Shown here: piece after piece, positions 24,000 to 36,547 of the stretch
Layout: every line of letters starts with the position of its first letter
Position numbering within the stretch: position 1 is the first letter of the stretch
Origin: Chiloscyllium plagiosum
Taxonomy: Eukaryota
DNA length: 47,136 bases
Reading direction: 5' to 3'
Assembly: GCF_004010195.1 (NCBI RefSeq)
Contig: NC_057756.1
Coordinates: forward strand, 4,980,050 to 5,027,185
The notes under the pieces: model-generated
Databases searched by the model: none
Told to the model about the DNA's origin: nothing
Seen by the model: only the letters and a program-made list of their open reading frames with translations
Program-made: the position numbers and the translations under genes

Positions 24000-24600
24000 G
24001 GCAGAGAGGTTATACACAGGACTTTGGTTGGGCCTAGGCTGGAGTACTGTGTGCAGTTCCAGTCTGGGAAGAGTGTGAAATTGGTCCGGGGGAGTGCAGA
24101 CGAGATTCACCAGGATGTTGCCCCAGCACGGCGATGAAGAGAGGCTGGAAAAGCTTGGGATGTTTCCGTTAGAGCTGGAAGGCCGTGGGGGAGGTGGGGA
24201 GGGGGTACATGATGGAGGTGTGCAAGATTACATGGCTGTTTTCCCGGGAGCGTCGGAGGCTGAGAGGTGACCTTATAGAGGATTATAAAATCATGAGGGG
24301 CATGGATAGGGTAAATAGACGAGGCCTTTCTCCTGGGGTGGAGGAGTCCAGAACTAGAGGGTATAGGTTCAGGGTGAGAGGGGAAAGATATAAAGGGGAC
24401 AGGAGAGCCACCTTTTTACGCAGAGGGTGGTGCGTGTGTGGAATGAGCTGCCAGAGGAAGTGGTGGAGGCTGGTAAAACTACAGCATTTAAAACGCATCT
24501 GGATGGGAATATGAACAGGAAGGGTTTAGAGGGATATGGGTCAAATGCTGGCAAATGGGACTAGATTAATTTAGGATATCTGGCCAGCATGGGCGATTGG
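24000..24600 (+). mobile_element. CR1 3' fragments
   Basis: ERRRLRGDLIEDYKIMRGMDRVN. Confidence 0.85.
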
Positions 24601-24966
24601 ACCCATTCCTAACCTATATTTACCTCTGAGTATGGGCAATTTAGCACGGCCAATCCACCGGTGATTGGACCCATTCCCCTAACCTATATTTACCTCTGAG
24701 TATGGGCAATTTAGCACGGCCAATCCACTTTAACCTGCACATCCCTGGGCATTATGGGGCAATTTAGCATGGCCAATCCACCCTAAACTGCACATCCCTG
24801 GACACTATGGGGCAATTTAGCATGGCCAATCCACCCTAACCTACACATCCCTGGGCACTATGGGACAATTTAGCATGACCAAACCACTCTAACGTGCACA
24901 TCGCTGGGCACTATGGGACAATTTAGCATGGCCAAACCACTCTAACGTGCACATCGCTGGGCACTG

Positions 24967-25355
24967 AACCCTCCAACCACAAGGGATGAACTCGGATTTC
25001 ACCAGTTTCCTCATTTCCCCTCCCCCCAGCCTGTCTCAGTCAAATCCATCAAATTCAGCACCGCCTTCCTAACCTGCAATCTTCTTCCCGACCTCTCCGT
25101 CCCCACCCCAGTCTGACCTATCACCCTCACCTTGACCTCTTTCCACCTATCACATTTCCGACGCCCCTCCCCCAAGTCCCTCCTCCCTATCTTTTATCTT
25201 AGCCTGCTGGACCAACTTTCCTCATTCCTGAAGAAGGGCTAATGCCCGAAACGTCGATTCTCCTGTTCCCTAGATGCTGCCTGACCTGCTGCGCTTTTCC
25301 AGCAACACATTTCCATCTCTGATCTCCAGCATCTGCAGACCTCACTTTCTCCTCG
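24967..25355 (+). mobile_element. Neptune-type PLE 3' end / pseudo-LTR
   Basis: Ends the ORF (TLQPQGMNSDFTSF), then pyrimidine-rich UTR, hammerhead, and terminus ctccagcatctgcagacctcactttctcct. Confidence 0.85.
25228..25255 (+). ncRNA. Minimal type I hammerhead ribozyme motif, intact core
   Basis: CTGAAGA A GGGC TAAT GCCC GAAA C GTC. Confidence 0.8.
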
Positions 25356-25950
25356 ACAATTTAGCTTGCCCAATCCACCCTAACCTGCAGATCGCTGGGC
25401 ACTATGGGACAATTTAGCTTGCCCAATCCACTCTAACCTACACATCCCTGGGCACTATGGGACAATCTAGCATGGCCAATCCACCCTAACCTGCACATCC
25501 CTGCACACGATGGGATAATGTAGCATGGCCAATCCACCCTAACCTACGCATCCCTGGACACTATGGGATAACTTTGCATGGCCAGTCCACCCTAACCTGC
25601 ACATCTTTGGATTGAGTTGCCGAGGCTGGAATCGAACCTGGGCCCTGGCACTGTGAGGCTGGTGTGCTTACCACTGAGTTCCCGTGCTGTCCATTAAATA
25701 CCAGCCCAGCGATGCCCACATTCCATGAGTGAATAATGACAGCTGAGAGCAACTCTGTAAAACGGTGCGTGGCCGTCATGAGGACAATATTGAGTCAGAC
25801 AGCTAAAGCCGACTGGTAGATTTTAAGGAGTGTTTCAAAGGGAGCTGAGCAGGATGTGTGCCTGGTCAAGTGAACATTCAGCCACAGACAATGCAAGAGT
25901 CAACACTGAAAATGCTCAAAAAGTGGAAGATCTTAGACATCATTGAGGCT

Positions 25951-25992
25951 GGGTCAAAGTGAGGACCGCTGGGGGTCAAAGGTCAAAGTGCG
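25951..25992 (+). promoter_or_regulatory. Nuclear-receptor DR1 motif cluster (HNF4/RXR/PPAR/COUP-TF type)
   Basis: GGGTCA-A-AGGTCA at 25973-25985, overlapping AGGTCA-A-AGTGCG, plus GGGTCA-A-AGTGAG at 25951; motif match only. Confidence 0.35.
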
Positions 25993-26074
25993 GTGCTGAG
26001 TGGAGGTGCGTTTCCTTTTTATAATTCCTTCCTGGGGATGTGGGCGACTCTGGCTCGGCCAGCAATTATTGCCC

Positions 26075-26251
26075 AGAGGGAAAGAGGGAGGACTGGAGGT
26101 GCTGGAGATCAAGAGTGTGGCGCTGGGAAAGCACAGCAGGTTAGGCAGCATCCGAGGAGCAGCATAAGCCCTTCTTCAGGAATTCTGATGCCCGAAACGT
26201 CGATTCTCCTGCACCGACCTGTTGTGCTTTCCCAGCGCCACACTCTCGATG
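26075..26251. mobile_element. Palindromic PLE insertion (P3), both hammerheads partly deleted
   Basis: Arms gagtgtggcgctgggaaagcac / gtgctttcccagcgccacactc; 9-bp TSD ttattgccc (26066-26074, 26252-26260). Confidence 0.8.
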
Positions 26252-26879
26252 TTATTGCCCTGTTCACAGCCGGCTACATCGCAGTGGGTCTGCCGTCACA
26301 CGTAGGCCCAGGCCAAGAAAGGACAGGCGTTTCATCACCTAGAAGGCCCCGTGACTGCACCAAATCGGGCTTCTCCCTGCCAGCCGACGATGGTTTCCTA
26401 TTTTCGTTGGATTCAAATTGCGCCAGGTGGCAGAAGTTCGGGCGATGGTGCGGACGTGGGTTCCGAGACGCCCTCCAAGTTTCAAACGGGTGTCTCGCTT
26501 CATCTCAGACTGCGTGAGCAGGGAACAGAGCCGGAAACTGGGAAAGGAATTCAGACGAACAATGAGTTCAGTCTTCCTCATGCATAGTGGCAGGAAATTC
26601 CAGCTCATCAGTTGTGCCTGTCAAATTAACAGGCTGAAAGTGTCGAGGCAACGAGGAGTCTGTGGAAGCGATTAATGTGACATCAAATGTCCTGTTTGCT
26701 TGTGGGATCGGTCAGTGTTTGTTTGGCAGTCCCTAAATGCCTTTGGCATTAGTGGTTGGCGAGTGACTTTAATGAGAGTGACTAGGATTCAAACGGACGG
26801 CTGTGTGGGTCAGGCGTCACACGTGGGCCAGACTGGGTAAGGATGGGCTGATTTCCTCCCAGAAAGTTAGACATTAGTT

Positions 26880-27585
26880 CGGGTCATAGAGATGCAGAGC
26901 ACGGAAACAGACCCTTCAGTCAAACTCGTCCATGCCCACCACATATCCGAACCTAATCCAGTCCCATTTGTCAGCAATTGGCCCATATCCCTCCAAACCC
27001 TTCCTATTCATATACCCATCCAAATGCCTCTTAAATGTTGCAATTGTACCAGCCTCCACCACATCCTCTGGCAGCTCATTCCACACATGTCCCACCCTCT
27101 GTGTGAAAAAGTTGCTCCTTTAGTCCCTTTTAAATCTTTCCCCTCTCACCTATACCCTCCAGTTCTGGACTCCTCCACCCCAGGGGAAAGAACCTTGTCT
27201 TTTTATCCTATCCATGACCTTCATGATTTTGTAAACCTCTATAAGGTCACCCCTCAGCTTCCGACACTCCAGGGAAAACAGCCCCAGCCTATTCAGCCTC
27301 TCCTTGTAACTCAAGCCCTCCAACCCTGGCAACATCCTCTCAAGTCTTTCCGAAAGGAGGGAGACCAGAATTGCACGCAATATTCCAAAAGCGGCCTAAC
27401 TAATGTCCTATGTAGCCGCAATGCGACCTCCCAATCCTTATACTCAAAACTTTTGGGTTATGGGAGGAAACCCACACAGACACAGGAAAAAATGTGCAAA
27501 CTCCACACAGGCAGTTGCCCGAGGCTGGAATTGAACCCGGGTCACTGGTGCTGTGAGGCAGCAAGGCTAACCACTGAGCCACCGG
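26880..27585 (-). mobile_element. CR1 3' portion plus adjacent SINE 5' half (about 27450-27585)
   Basis: LPGLEGLSYKERLNRLGLFSLECRKLRGDLIEVYKIM. Confidence 0.88.
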
Positions 27586-27654
27586 GCCTCCACATCATTG
27601 TATTGACTGGTGGAGCAGGCTTCAAGGCCTACTCCTGTTCATATTTTCCACATT

Positions 27655-28200
27655 AGGTTAGATTTTAATGTCACTTGCACGCAGTGCCATTCTCCGGCGT
27701 CATCTTAGAACGCAAGAGTTAGAATTAAAAATAAGAGACGAAAGTAAAGAAACAGATATGAAAGGAAAGGAATGTCTGTGTCACTGTCCTGACAGGCTGC
27801 TATGAACTGGGCCCACCAACATCACCATCACTTGCTGCTGGCAACCCCTTGCTGCTGCCCCCGCCATCTTGGAATCAATTGAAGTATCAGAGCCCACAAA
27901 CTTTCTTGAACCAAGGCCATTGTGTCGTCACTTGAGCCAGCACTGACACCAGAGCCACCATCAACGATGCCGCCATCTTGAATCCTGCGCTCGGCCCCAC
28001 CAACGTCGACGCTGCCACCTCGCTGCTGCCCCTGCTGTTTCTGCCGCAGCCGGTCTCGCCGAACACAAAAGGTTCTGTTTCCAGCAGCTTCTGTGAGGGG
28101 GTAAGGTGAGGGAGAGGCCTGTTTACGACGCGTGGGCCTTGGAAACTGGCATGATTTGTTGCTGCTCGCACGTAAGAATAGAAAATAGCACAACAAAGCT
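27655..28200 (-). mobile_element. Unclassified GC-rich interspersed repeat (a related piece may lie at about 1110-1380)
   Basis: CpG-rich body with repeated CCGCCATCTTG motifs and purine-rich tracts; family not identified. Confidence 0.35.
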
Positions 28201-30354
28201 TCTGTTTCAGTCACTGTCCTTTTGTTCTTCTTTAATCTTTCTTTTCATTGCTAAACACAAACACTGATCAGGAAACTATAGTTCCATATCCAATGCTGAG
28301 TCATTCTCATGCAATTAGAGCGGCCCTCCTTATCTCTGGTATCATTCATGCGAGAAATTGGCTACGTCAGCCCGAGTGAACCTGGCCAAAGTCCGAGATA
28401 TTTTTCTGACTAACCACTCACTTTGCCCTCACTCACTCAGTTAACTAGAAGTCTCTACAATCACTTCTCAGCTTCCCTCTGTCTCTCTCAGCGAAACCTT
28501 CATTCCCATTTTCGACCACTCCAACCCTGAATCACCTACACGTTCCCAACAGCCAGATCTTGCGCTGCAGTGACATTTTCCCTCCCTCTGGTTCCTTTGA
28601 CTCTCACCTCACTGCATTTTGGCCAGAGAGATGTGTGGCCTCAGACTTAGAAACAAAAGAATTTGCTTATGAACTTAACATTGATTGTCCTTCCAAATGG
28701 TGCAACATTGATACGCTACAGTGGTGTACGTCATGGAGCTATACAGCACGGAAACAGACCCTTCAGCCCAACTCGTCTATGCCAACCAGATATCCTAACC
28801 TAATCTAGTCCCATTTGCCAGCACTTGGCCCACATCCCTCTAAACCCTTCCTATTCATGTACCCATCTGGATGCCCTTTAAAGGTTGTACCCACCTTCAC
28901 CACCTCCTCTGTGCGCCAGTCAAAATTGAGCACTGAGCCACATTTGCCTGATAGATTTAGGATCAAGGAAGGCTTGCAAATTCTGCGACACTGAAGGAAC
29001 AGCGATATATTTCCAAGTCGGGATGGTGAGTGGCTCGAAGGGGTACCTGCAGGGGGTGGTGTTCCCACGGAACTGCTGCCCTTAGCCTTCAAGATGGATT
29101 TGGAAGGTGTCTCTGGATCTTTGGTGAGTTTCTGCAGTGCATCGTGTAGATGGTACACCCTGCTGCTACTGAGCATCCCCCGATGGTGGAGGGAGAGGCT
29201 GTGGTGCCAATCAAGCCAGCTTTTGCCCTACACAGCCAATTACTGTACGTGATTGCCTGTCATCCAATCAAAGGCGGGCGGCCCAGTCCCAGGAACTGCC
29301 CGCCCAAACAGAGGGCAGGTAAGCTGCCTCAGCAGCGCCACCGATGGTAATGGCCGTTGTTGGAACTGCAACTGGAAGATGAATGCCATTAATCCCATTG
29401 TGCTCTGAAAGTCAGGTGTGTGTGTCTGGGGTTAGATTTAGCCAGAGCGCAGGCTGGAAAAAGCGTGGGGAGGGAAGATTTCGCTGAAGGCAATCAGTGC
29501 TGTTGCCATGGTTTCTTTGTGGGAGAGATTGTCCTGTCTGGACAAAGGATACCTAAGATAAAGCCCTGCCCTCTGACCCAGAGCTCATTTGAGAGATATC
29601 TCCCACTCCTGTCACACAGTGGCTGACTGTTGGAAAAGTGTCAACAAAGGTTTAAGATATGTGATCGATTTATATTTTATCTTGGATTTTTGAAGTCGGT
29701 CTAGTGGCATATGGGTTTCCTGGGTTTCTGAAAGGATTTAATCATGAACTTGTAGTTATTTCTGTAGCCTGTCCATCATCTATAAGATAAGGCACAAGTT
29801 AGGAGGGTGAGGGAATACTCCCCCTTTGCCCCTGGATGGGGGCAGCTCCAACAACACTCAAGAAACACGTCACCTTTCAGGGACAAAGCAGCCCCTGCTC
29901 TTGATCGGCCCCCACATCCACAAACACCCACTCCCTCCACCACCGACGCTCAGTAGCAGCATTGTGTAGGATCTGCAGGATGCCGTGCAGAAATTCACCA
30001 AACAGCACCTTCTAAACCCACGACCACTTCCATCTAGAAGGCTAAGGGCAGCAGATACATGGGAACACCACCCCCTGCAGGTATCCCTCCAAGCCACTCA
30101 CCATCCCGACTTGGAAATATATCGCTGCTCCTTTCGGGTCCAAATCCTGGTGTTCGCTCTCTCAGGGCATTGTGGGTACACTTAGGGCAGTTCAGGAAGG
30201 TGGCTCACCATCACCTTCTCACGGGGCACTAAGGGACGGGGCAATAAATGCTAGGCCCAGCTAGGGACTCCCATGTCCCATTAATGAACAAATAAAAATT
30301 ATTTGAAGTATTTAACTGTGAAATCCGCTTTCTATGCATGCTTGTGCAGCGGTT

Positions 30355-31880
30355 AGAGCCATAGAGCCAGCACGGAAACAACCCCTTCAGTCCAGCCCGT
30401 CCATGCCGACCCAGATATCCCAACCCAATCTAGTCCCACCTGCCAGCACCCGGCCCATATCCCTCCAAACCCTTCCTATTCATATACCCATCCAAATGCT
30501 TTTTAAATGCTGTCATTGTACCAGCCTCCACCACTTCCTCTGGCAGCTCATTCCACACACGTACCACCGTCTGCGTGAAAAAGTTGTCCCTTAGGTCCCT
30601 TTCACATCTTTCCCCTCTCATTTTAAACCCCTGCTCTTCTAGTTTTTGAATCCCCGACCCTGAGGAGAAAAACTTTGGCTATTCAGAGTTGAAAAGGGTT
30701 GTGCTGGAAAAGCACAGCAGGTCAGGCAGCATCCGAGGAGCAGGAGAATCGATTTTTGGGTTTGGCTATACACCCTAGCTGCGCCCCATGTGATTTTATT
30801 AATTTCCACAAAGTCACCCCTCAGTCTTTGACGCTGCACGGAAAATAGCCCCAATCTATTCAGCCACTCCCTCTCCAGTCCAAGTAATACCTTTGTAAAT
30901 TTTTTCTGAACCTTTCCACATTTAATGACTTATTTCTTGGAGCAGGGAAACCATAATTGAACACAATATTCCGAAAGTCGTCTAACCAGTACAGCCACAG
31001 CATGACCTCTCAACTCCTGCACATGATACACTGATCAACAAAGAGAAAGTGGAGTTGCAGGTTGACAGGATAGTGAAGAAGGCGTTTGGTATGCTTTCCT
31101 TTATTGGTCAGAGTGTTGAGTACAGGAGTTGGGAGGTCATGTTGACAGGACATTGGTAAGGCCACTGTTGGAATTCTGGTCTCCTTCCTATCAGAAAGAT
31201 GTTGTGAAACTTGAAAGGGTTCATAAGGGGCAATTTTTTAACGCAGAGGGTGGTACATGTATGGAATGAGCTGCCAGAAGCTGGTACTTTTGCAACATTT
31301 AAGAGGCATTTGGATGGGCATATGATTGGGAAGGGTTTGGAGGGATATGGGCCAGGTGCTGGCAGGTGGGACTAGATTGGGTTGGGATATCTGGTTGGCA
31401 TGGACTGGTTGGACCGAAGGGTCTGTTTCCATGCTGTACATCTCTATGACTCTAGGAGAGGATGATTAGGCTGGAACTGTTTTCTCTGGAGTGTCGGAGG
31501 CTGAGGGGTGACCTTATAGAGGTTTATAAAATCATGAGGGACATGGATAGGATAAATAGACAAGGTCGTTTCCCTGTGGTGGGGGAGTCCAGAACTAGAG
31601 GGCATAGGTTTAGGGTGAGAGGGGAATGATATAAAAGAGACCTAAGGGGCAACTTTTTCACGCAGAGGGTGGTACGTATGTGGAATGAGCTGCCTGAGGA
31701 AGTGGTGGAGGCTGGTACAATTGCAAACATTTAAGAGGCATTTGGATGGGTATATGAATAGGAAGGGTTTGGAGGGATATGGGCCGGGTGCTGGCAAATG
31801 GGATGAGATTGGGTTGGGATATCTGGTCGGCATGGACGGTTTGAACCGAATGGTCTGTTTCTCTGGTGTACGTCTTGATG
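30355..31880. mobile_element. CR1 fragments (30355-31040 -, 31045-31880 +) with a short PLE terminus at about 30684-30755
   Basis: CR1 tail translations; PLE piece flanked by tttggctat direct repeats (30674-30682, 30761-30769). Confidence 0.85.
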
Positions 31881-32257
31881 ACCCTATGTCCTGGATCTGA
31901 GATGACTGACTTTCAATAACCACGACCAATTTCCGACATGTCAGGCATGACTCCAAGCAGGGGAGACCTTTCCCCCCAAAACAGTTGTTTTCAGCCACGG
32001 CTCCTTGATACCACGCTTGGTCGAATGTAGTCTTGATGTCAAGAGCTGTCCAGAGGGGGCTGAGATGGATCATCCGCCCGACATTTCCGGCTGAAGATTG
32101 CTGCGAAAACTTCCGCCTTCTCTTTTGCACTGACTCGCTTCCATCATCGAGGATGGAGATATTTATGGAGTCCCCCTCCTCCCCTCACCAACGTCCTGCA
32201 CAGCTCCAACATAGCCTCCCTGCTCTCATAATCTACGTCTTGAATGGCAAAGGCAAG

Positions 32258-32352
32258 TTTAGATCAGAGCGGTGCTGGAAAAGCACAGCAGGTCAGGCAG
32301 CATCCGAGGATCAGGATAATCAACGTTTAGGGCAAAAGCCCTTCATCAGGAG
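32258..32352 (-). mobile_element. PLE terminus with an inactivated hammerhead motif (GAAA changed to TAAA)
   Basis: Reverse strand CTGATGAAGGGCTTTTGCCCTAAACGTT at 32322-32349. Confidence 0.75.
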
Positions 32353-32744
32353 TAAAGGCAATTGCCCTGTGGGCCTTATTAACCACACTATTCACGCACA
32401 GGGATCTGTTGACAAGCAATCCCAGGATCCCTCTCCTTCTCTGAGCTCTGTCCAAAATTTTATCGAAAACTGTTTGTCTGCACCTGGTTACACTGTGACA
32501 TTATAAATATATTTTGGAATTTAATGAAGTATGAACGTGCAGAATAAGAGCTTGATGTATAATCCATTCCAGCTATTTCCTGATAGTTGTAGTTTCCTGT
32601 TTTTGTTTTCCTCTCTCTAATTCTTCAACGGGAATGTCAAATTTGCAAAATCTTAATAGGTGCATAGATTAACTCTTCCGGCTGCCTCTTGAAAGATTCC
32701 CGAAATGTCACCATGATTAACAGGGTATTTGGGTCACTTGCTCG

Positions 32745-33815
32745 GAACTTTGAGTTGGGATATCATGTCGAGGTTGTATGTTGGTGAGGCCTTTTCAGGA
32801 GTATTGTGTCCAGTTAGATTAGATCCCCGACAGTGTGGAAACAGGCCCTTCGGCCCAACAAGTCCACACCGACCCTCCGAAGAGTAACCCACCCAGACCC
32901 ATTTCCCTCTGACTAATGCACCTAACACTATGGGACAATTTAGCATGGCCAATCCACCCTAACCTGCACATCCCTGGGCACTGTGGGACAATTTAGCACG
33001 GCCAATTCCCCCCTTACCTGCACATCCCTGGGCACAATGGGACAATTTAGCATAGCCAATCCACCCTAACCTGCACATCCCTTGGCACTTTGGCAATCCA
33101 CCCTAACCTGCACATCCCTGGGCACTATGGGACAATTTAGCATGGCCAATCCACCCTAACCTGCACATCTTTGGACTGTGGGAGGAAACAGGAGCACCCG
33201 GAGGAAACCCACGCAGACACGGGGAGAACGTGCAAACTCCACACAGATAGTCGCCTGAGGGGGGAATCGAAGCTGGGACCCCGGTGCCGTGAGGCAGCAG
33301 TGCTAACCCACTGAGCCACCATGCAGCCCTGTTCGAAGAAGGACATTATTAAGCTGGAGGGGGTTCAGAAAGGATTTGTCAGGGTCTCGCTGGGGAATGG
33401 AGGGTTTGAGTTGGAAGGAGAGGCTGGATCAGCTGGGATTTTCTTCACTGGAGTTTGAGGATGACTGAATGAAGATTTATAAGATCATGAGGGGTATAGA
33501 TAAGGCGAATGACAGGTGCGTTTTTCCCTAAGGTGGGGGGAGTTTCTAGACTAGGTGGCCTATCTTTAGGGTGAGAGGAGAAAGATTTAAAAAGGACATG
33601 TTTTACATACGCGTGCGGATTGAACTTCCAGCGGAAGTGGTGGATGCGGGTAGAGTTACAATATTTAACAGACATTTGGATAAGTACATGAATAGGAAAT
33701 GTTTGTAGGGATATGGGCCAAGTGCAGGCAGGTGGGACTAGTTTAGCTTGGGATTATGGTCAGCATGGACTGGTGGTATCGAAGAGTCTGTTTCCATGCT
33801 GTATGGCTCTATGAC
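32745..33815 (+). mobile_element. CR1 3' portion with nested HE1-type SINE (about 32815-33328, -) carrying 53-bp repeats
   Basis: CR1 sequence on both sides of a full SINE. Confidence 0.85.
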
Positions 33816-33999
33816 CCTCTGTGGATTGTTCACACTTAATCTTTTAAGCTTTGCTAATTTTTATTTCCTAACAGATATTAGTTATGAGCTTCTCTATGTT
33901 TCTGAGCGTTTCGTTATTAGTTCCATTTATTTCTGTGAGGTGATTGGTTGCTTCAACTGACTTAAAACGAACAACTGTGGATACTACAGATCCGAAAGA

Positions 34000-34118
34000 G
34001 AAAAAAAAAACCCAGAAGTTGCTGGAGAAACTCAGCAGGTCTGGCAGGTGTCTGTGCAGAGAGAAAGCAGAGTCAACATTTCTTGTCCAGTAACTCTTCT
34101 TCAGAGAACTCTGATGAT
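34000..34118 (-). mobile_element. Short PLE-like terminus of another family with a decayed hammerhead
   Basis: Reverse strand CTGAAGA AGAGTTACTGGACAA GAAA TGTT, then ccagacctgctgagtttctccagca. Confidence 0.6.
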
Positions 34119-34409
34119 ACAAATCTTGAGCTTTAAATTTAAAACAGGTTTAGGAAACAGTGACGTGAATCTTAAAATGACTCACAGGAGAGACGAAGGT
34201 GGTCTTTTTTTAAAGAAATGTGTTGAAAGCTCAAAAGGTACAGCACCCCAAAACGTACAGGTTACTCAGCACATCTGACACACGGGTTCTGTTGGAAACA
34301 TTGCCTGTGATTAACCCCGTGTCAAAGGTTTGTGTGCTCACTGTCAAACTCTGCGTGACGATCCGGCGTCTCCAGGAGCGAGGTGCTGCACAATGCAAGT
34401 TGTTGTTGT

Positions 34410-34890
34410 GCACTATGGGACAATTTAGCATGGCCAATCCACCCTAACTTGCTAAATTATCCCACAGTGCTCAGGGATGTGCAGGTTAGGGTGGATTGGC
34501 CATGCTAAATTATCCCACAGTGCTCAGGGATGTGCAGGTTAGGGTGGATTGGCCGTGCTAAATTATCCTACAGTGCTCAGGGATGTGCAGGTTAGGGTGG
34601 ATTGGCCGTGCTAAATTGTCCCATAGTGCCCAGGGATGTGCAGGTTAGGGTGGATTGGCCGTGCTAAATTGTCCCATAGTGCTCAGGGAAGTGCAGGTTA
34701 GGGTGGATTGGCCATGCTAAATTGTCCCATAGTGTTCAAGGATGTGTAGATTAGGTGCATTAGTCAGGGGTAAATGTTGAGCAATAGAGTAGGGTAGGGG
34801 AATAGGTCTGGGTGGGTTACTATTCAGAGGGTCAGTGTGGGCTTGTCGGGCCGAAGGGCCTGTTCCCACACTGTAGGGATTATAATCTTA
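34410..34890 (+). mobile_element. HE1-type SINE 3' part with 53-bp array; first unit (34410-34450) inverted
   Basis: Period 53 (gcaggttagg at 34481 and 34534); head absent. Confidence 0.85.
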
Positions 34891-35534
34891 ATTCAATCTC
34901 CTCTGCTCTAAGTCTCCCCAGTCTGTCCGGTTTCTCTTCAAATCCAAAACTCTGCAACCCAGGCAACCCCTGGAAAGTCTTCCCCAACCCAGTGCCATTC
35001 CATCCCTTGCTATCCATGTGGATTCCCAAACTGCACACAGTATGCCAGGTATGGGCTAAACAGCATTTTATACAGTTCCAGGATCACTTCCCTGCTCTTA
35101 TATTCTGCACCTCGTCTAATAAAGGTAAGTGTACAATTCACCTGTGAAAGGTTGAAGAATGTATCCAAGCTCAGGATACCAGTGATCCAAATGGAATTTT
35201 TCGCAGGTATTTAATTTCTTGGCGTTTGTTCAGTAAATGCACATGATACTGCAGCTGCCTCGTTCACAATACTTGCCAAACTGCCCTCTCTGTGTTGAAT
35301 TCCACACCACTTGCCAATCATGCTCTCTGCAAAGACTCTGAAAATTCAGTCTTTTTTATAAGCACAAGAAAACTAACTGGCAATTTTTAAAGATAAAACG
35401 TTCCTTAATTTACCAAGAACCCAAACTCTGTAACACTGAGGAAATGAATGAAAAAATCCGTACGGCTTTTGAAAGAGTATTTGTAAGGTGTTTCTGAGAA
35501 CTGTCAACCGTGAGTACTTTACTTATAAAAAAAA

Positions 35535-35830
35535 GATTAGATTAGATTCCCAATAGTGTGGAAACAGGATCTTCAGTCCACACCCACCCTCCCAGACTCA
35601 TTTCCCTTCATTTACCCCTGACTAATGCACCTAACACTATAGGCAATTCAGCATGACCAATCCACCCTAACCTGCACATCTAAACTGTGAGAGGAAATAA
35701 GATCACCCAAGGAAACGCATGCAGACACGGGGAGAATGTGCAAACTCCACACAGACTGTCACCCGAGGCTGGAATCAAACCCGGGTCCCTGGTGCTGTGA
35801 GGCAGCAGTGCTAACCACTGAGCCACCCTG
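35535..35830 (-). mobile_element. HE1-type SINE
   Basis: tRNA-like head at about 35765-35830; (ttaga) tail. Confidence 0.88.
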
Positions 35831-36547
35831 CTAGCCTGTTGCATTAGGGTTGCGTATGTTTACAAAAGCACAGAAAATTTTAAAAAAGCCAAATTTTAGA
35901 ATTCGACAAGTTTTCTCTCTTCTTACTTCAACTGAGGTTTCTATTATTTGTTTAAAAAAACCTGGACTTTTATTCGAAATGTTTAACTGTTCATAAAAGT
36001 GCAATGCATGATTGTTGCAAGTTTCCATTGTGTGAAGCGCAAATTGAGTGTGTTTTGAAAGTTCCGTTCATTATCGACAGTTACAATTGAAGTCAGTAAA
36101 TGTTGGTTGACTTGGAGAAGCTGGGTTAGTTTTCCTGAGACAGAGAGGAGAGTCAGAAACACGTACCAGAAGCAAATGTGACAACGTTGGAGGGGGAGAG
36201 ATGGTATCGACCAGGACATTTGTATAGTCAATGAATGCATCCTGGATTGATCAACTAATGTGGGCACCAAGATATCCCTGATCGCAGTTAATTATAATTC
36301 TCATACCTTTGATTTTTTTAAATTATTAAGTATAATTTAAATAACCAACACAAAATCACATTTTTGAAGGTATACACTACTGATCAAGATTTTAAACATG
36401 ACTTCAGTTGACATCTGTGCAGGAATGTACGTGAGAATAAATCTTTGTTGAAGCAAAAAGTATCATGGGTAGTGACATGCATATCCACAAAGATTTCTTA
36501 TAGATATGGCAAATTGATAATGGGCAGGTGATTCCACTGATACCAGA

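Larger units (their letters stand above)
24600..25690 (-). mobile_element. HE1-type SINE with a long 53-bp internal array, interrupted by a PLE at about 24967-25355
   Basis: About ten repeats of the 53-bp unit; head at about 25615-25690. Confidence 0.85.

Noticed and set aside
26892..27656. 254-aa ORF and similar ORFs (3894-4595, 5111-5734)
   Set aside because: Antisense or chimeric read-through of CR1 and SINE sequence.
28608..28645. 38-nt minus-strand exon-like segment (ttcttttgtttctaAG...GAG|GTGAGA)
   Set aside because: Isolated, no recognisable peptide, and not signal-peptide-like; consistent with chance splice-site matches.
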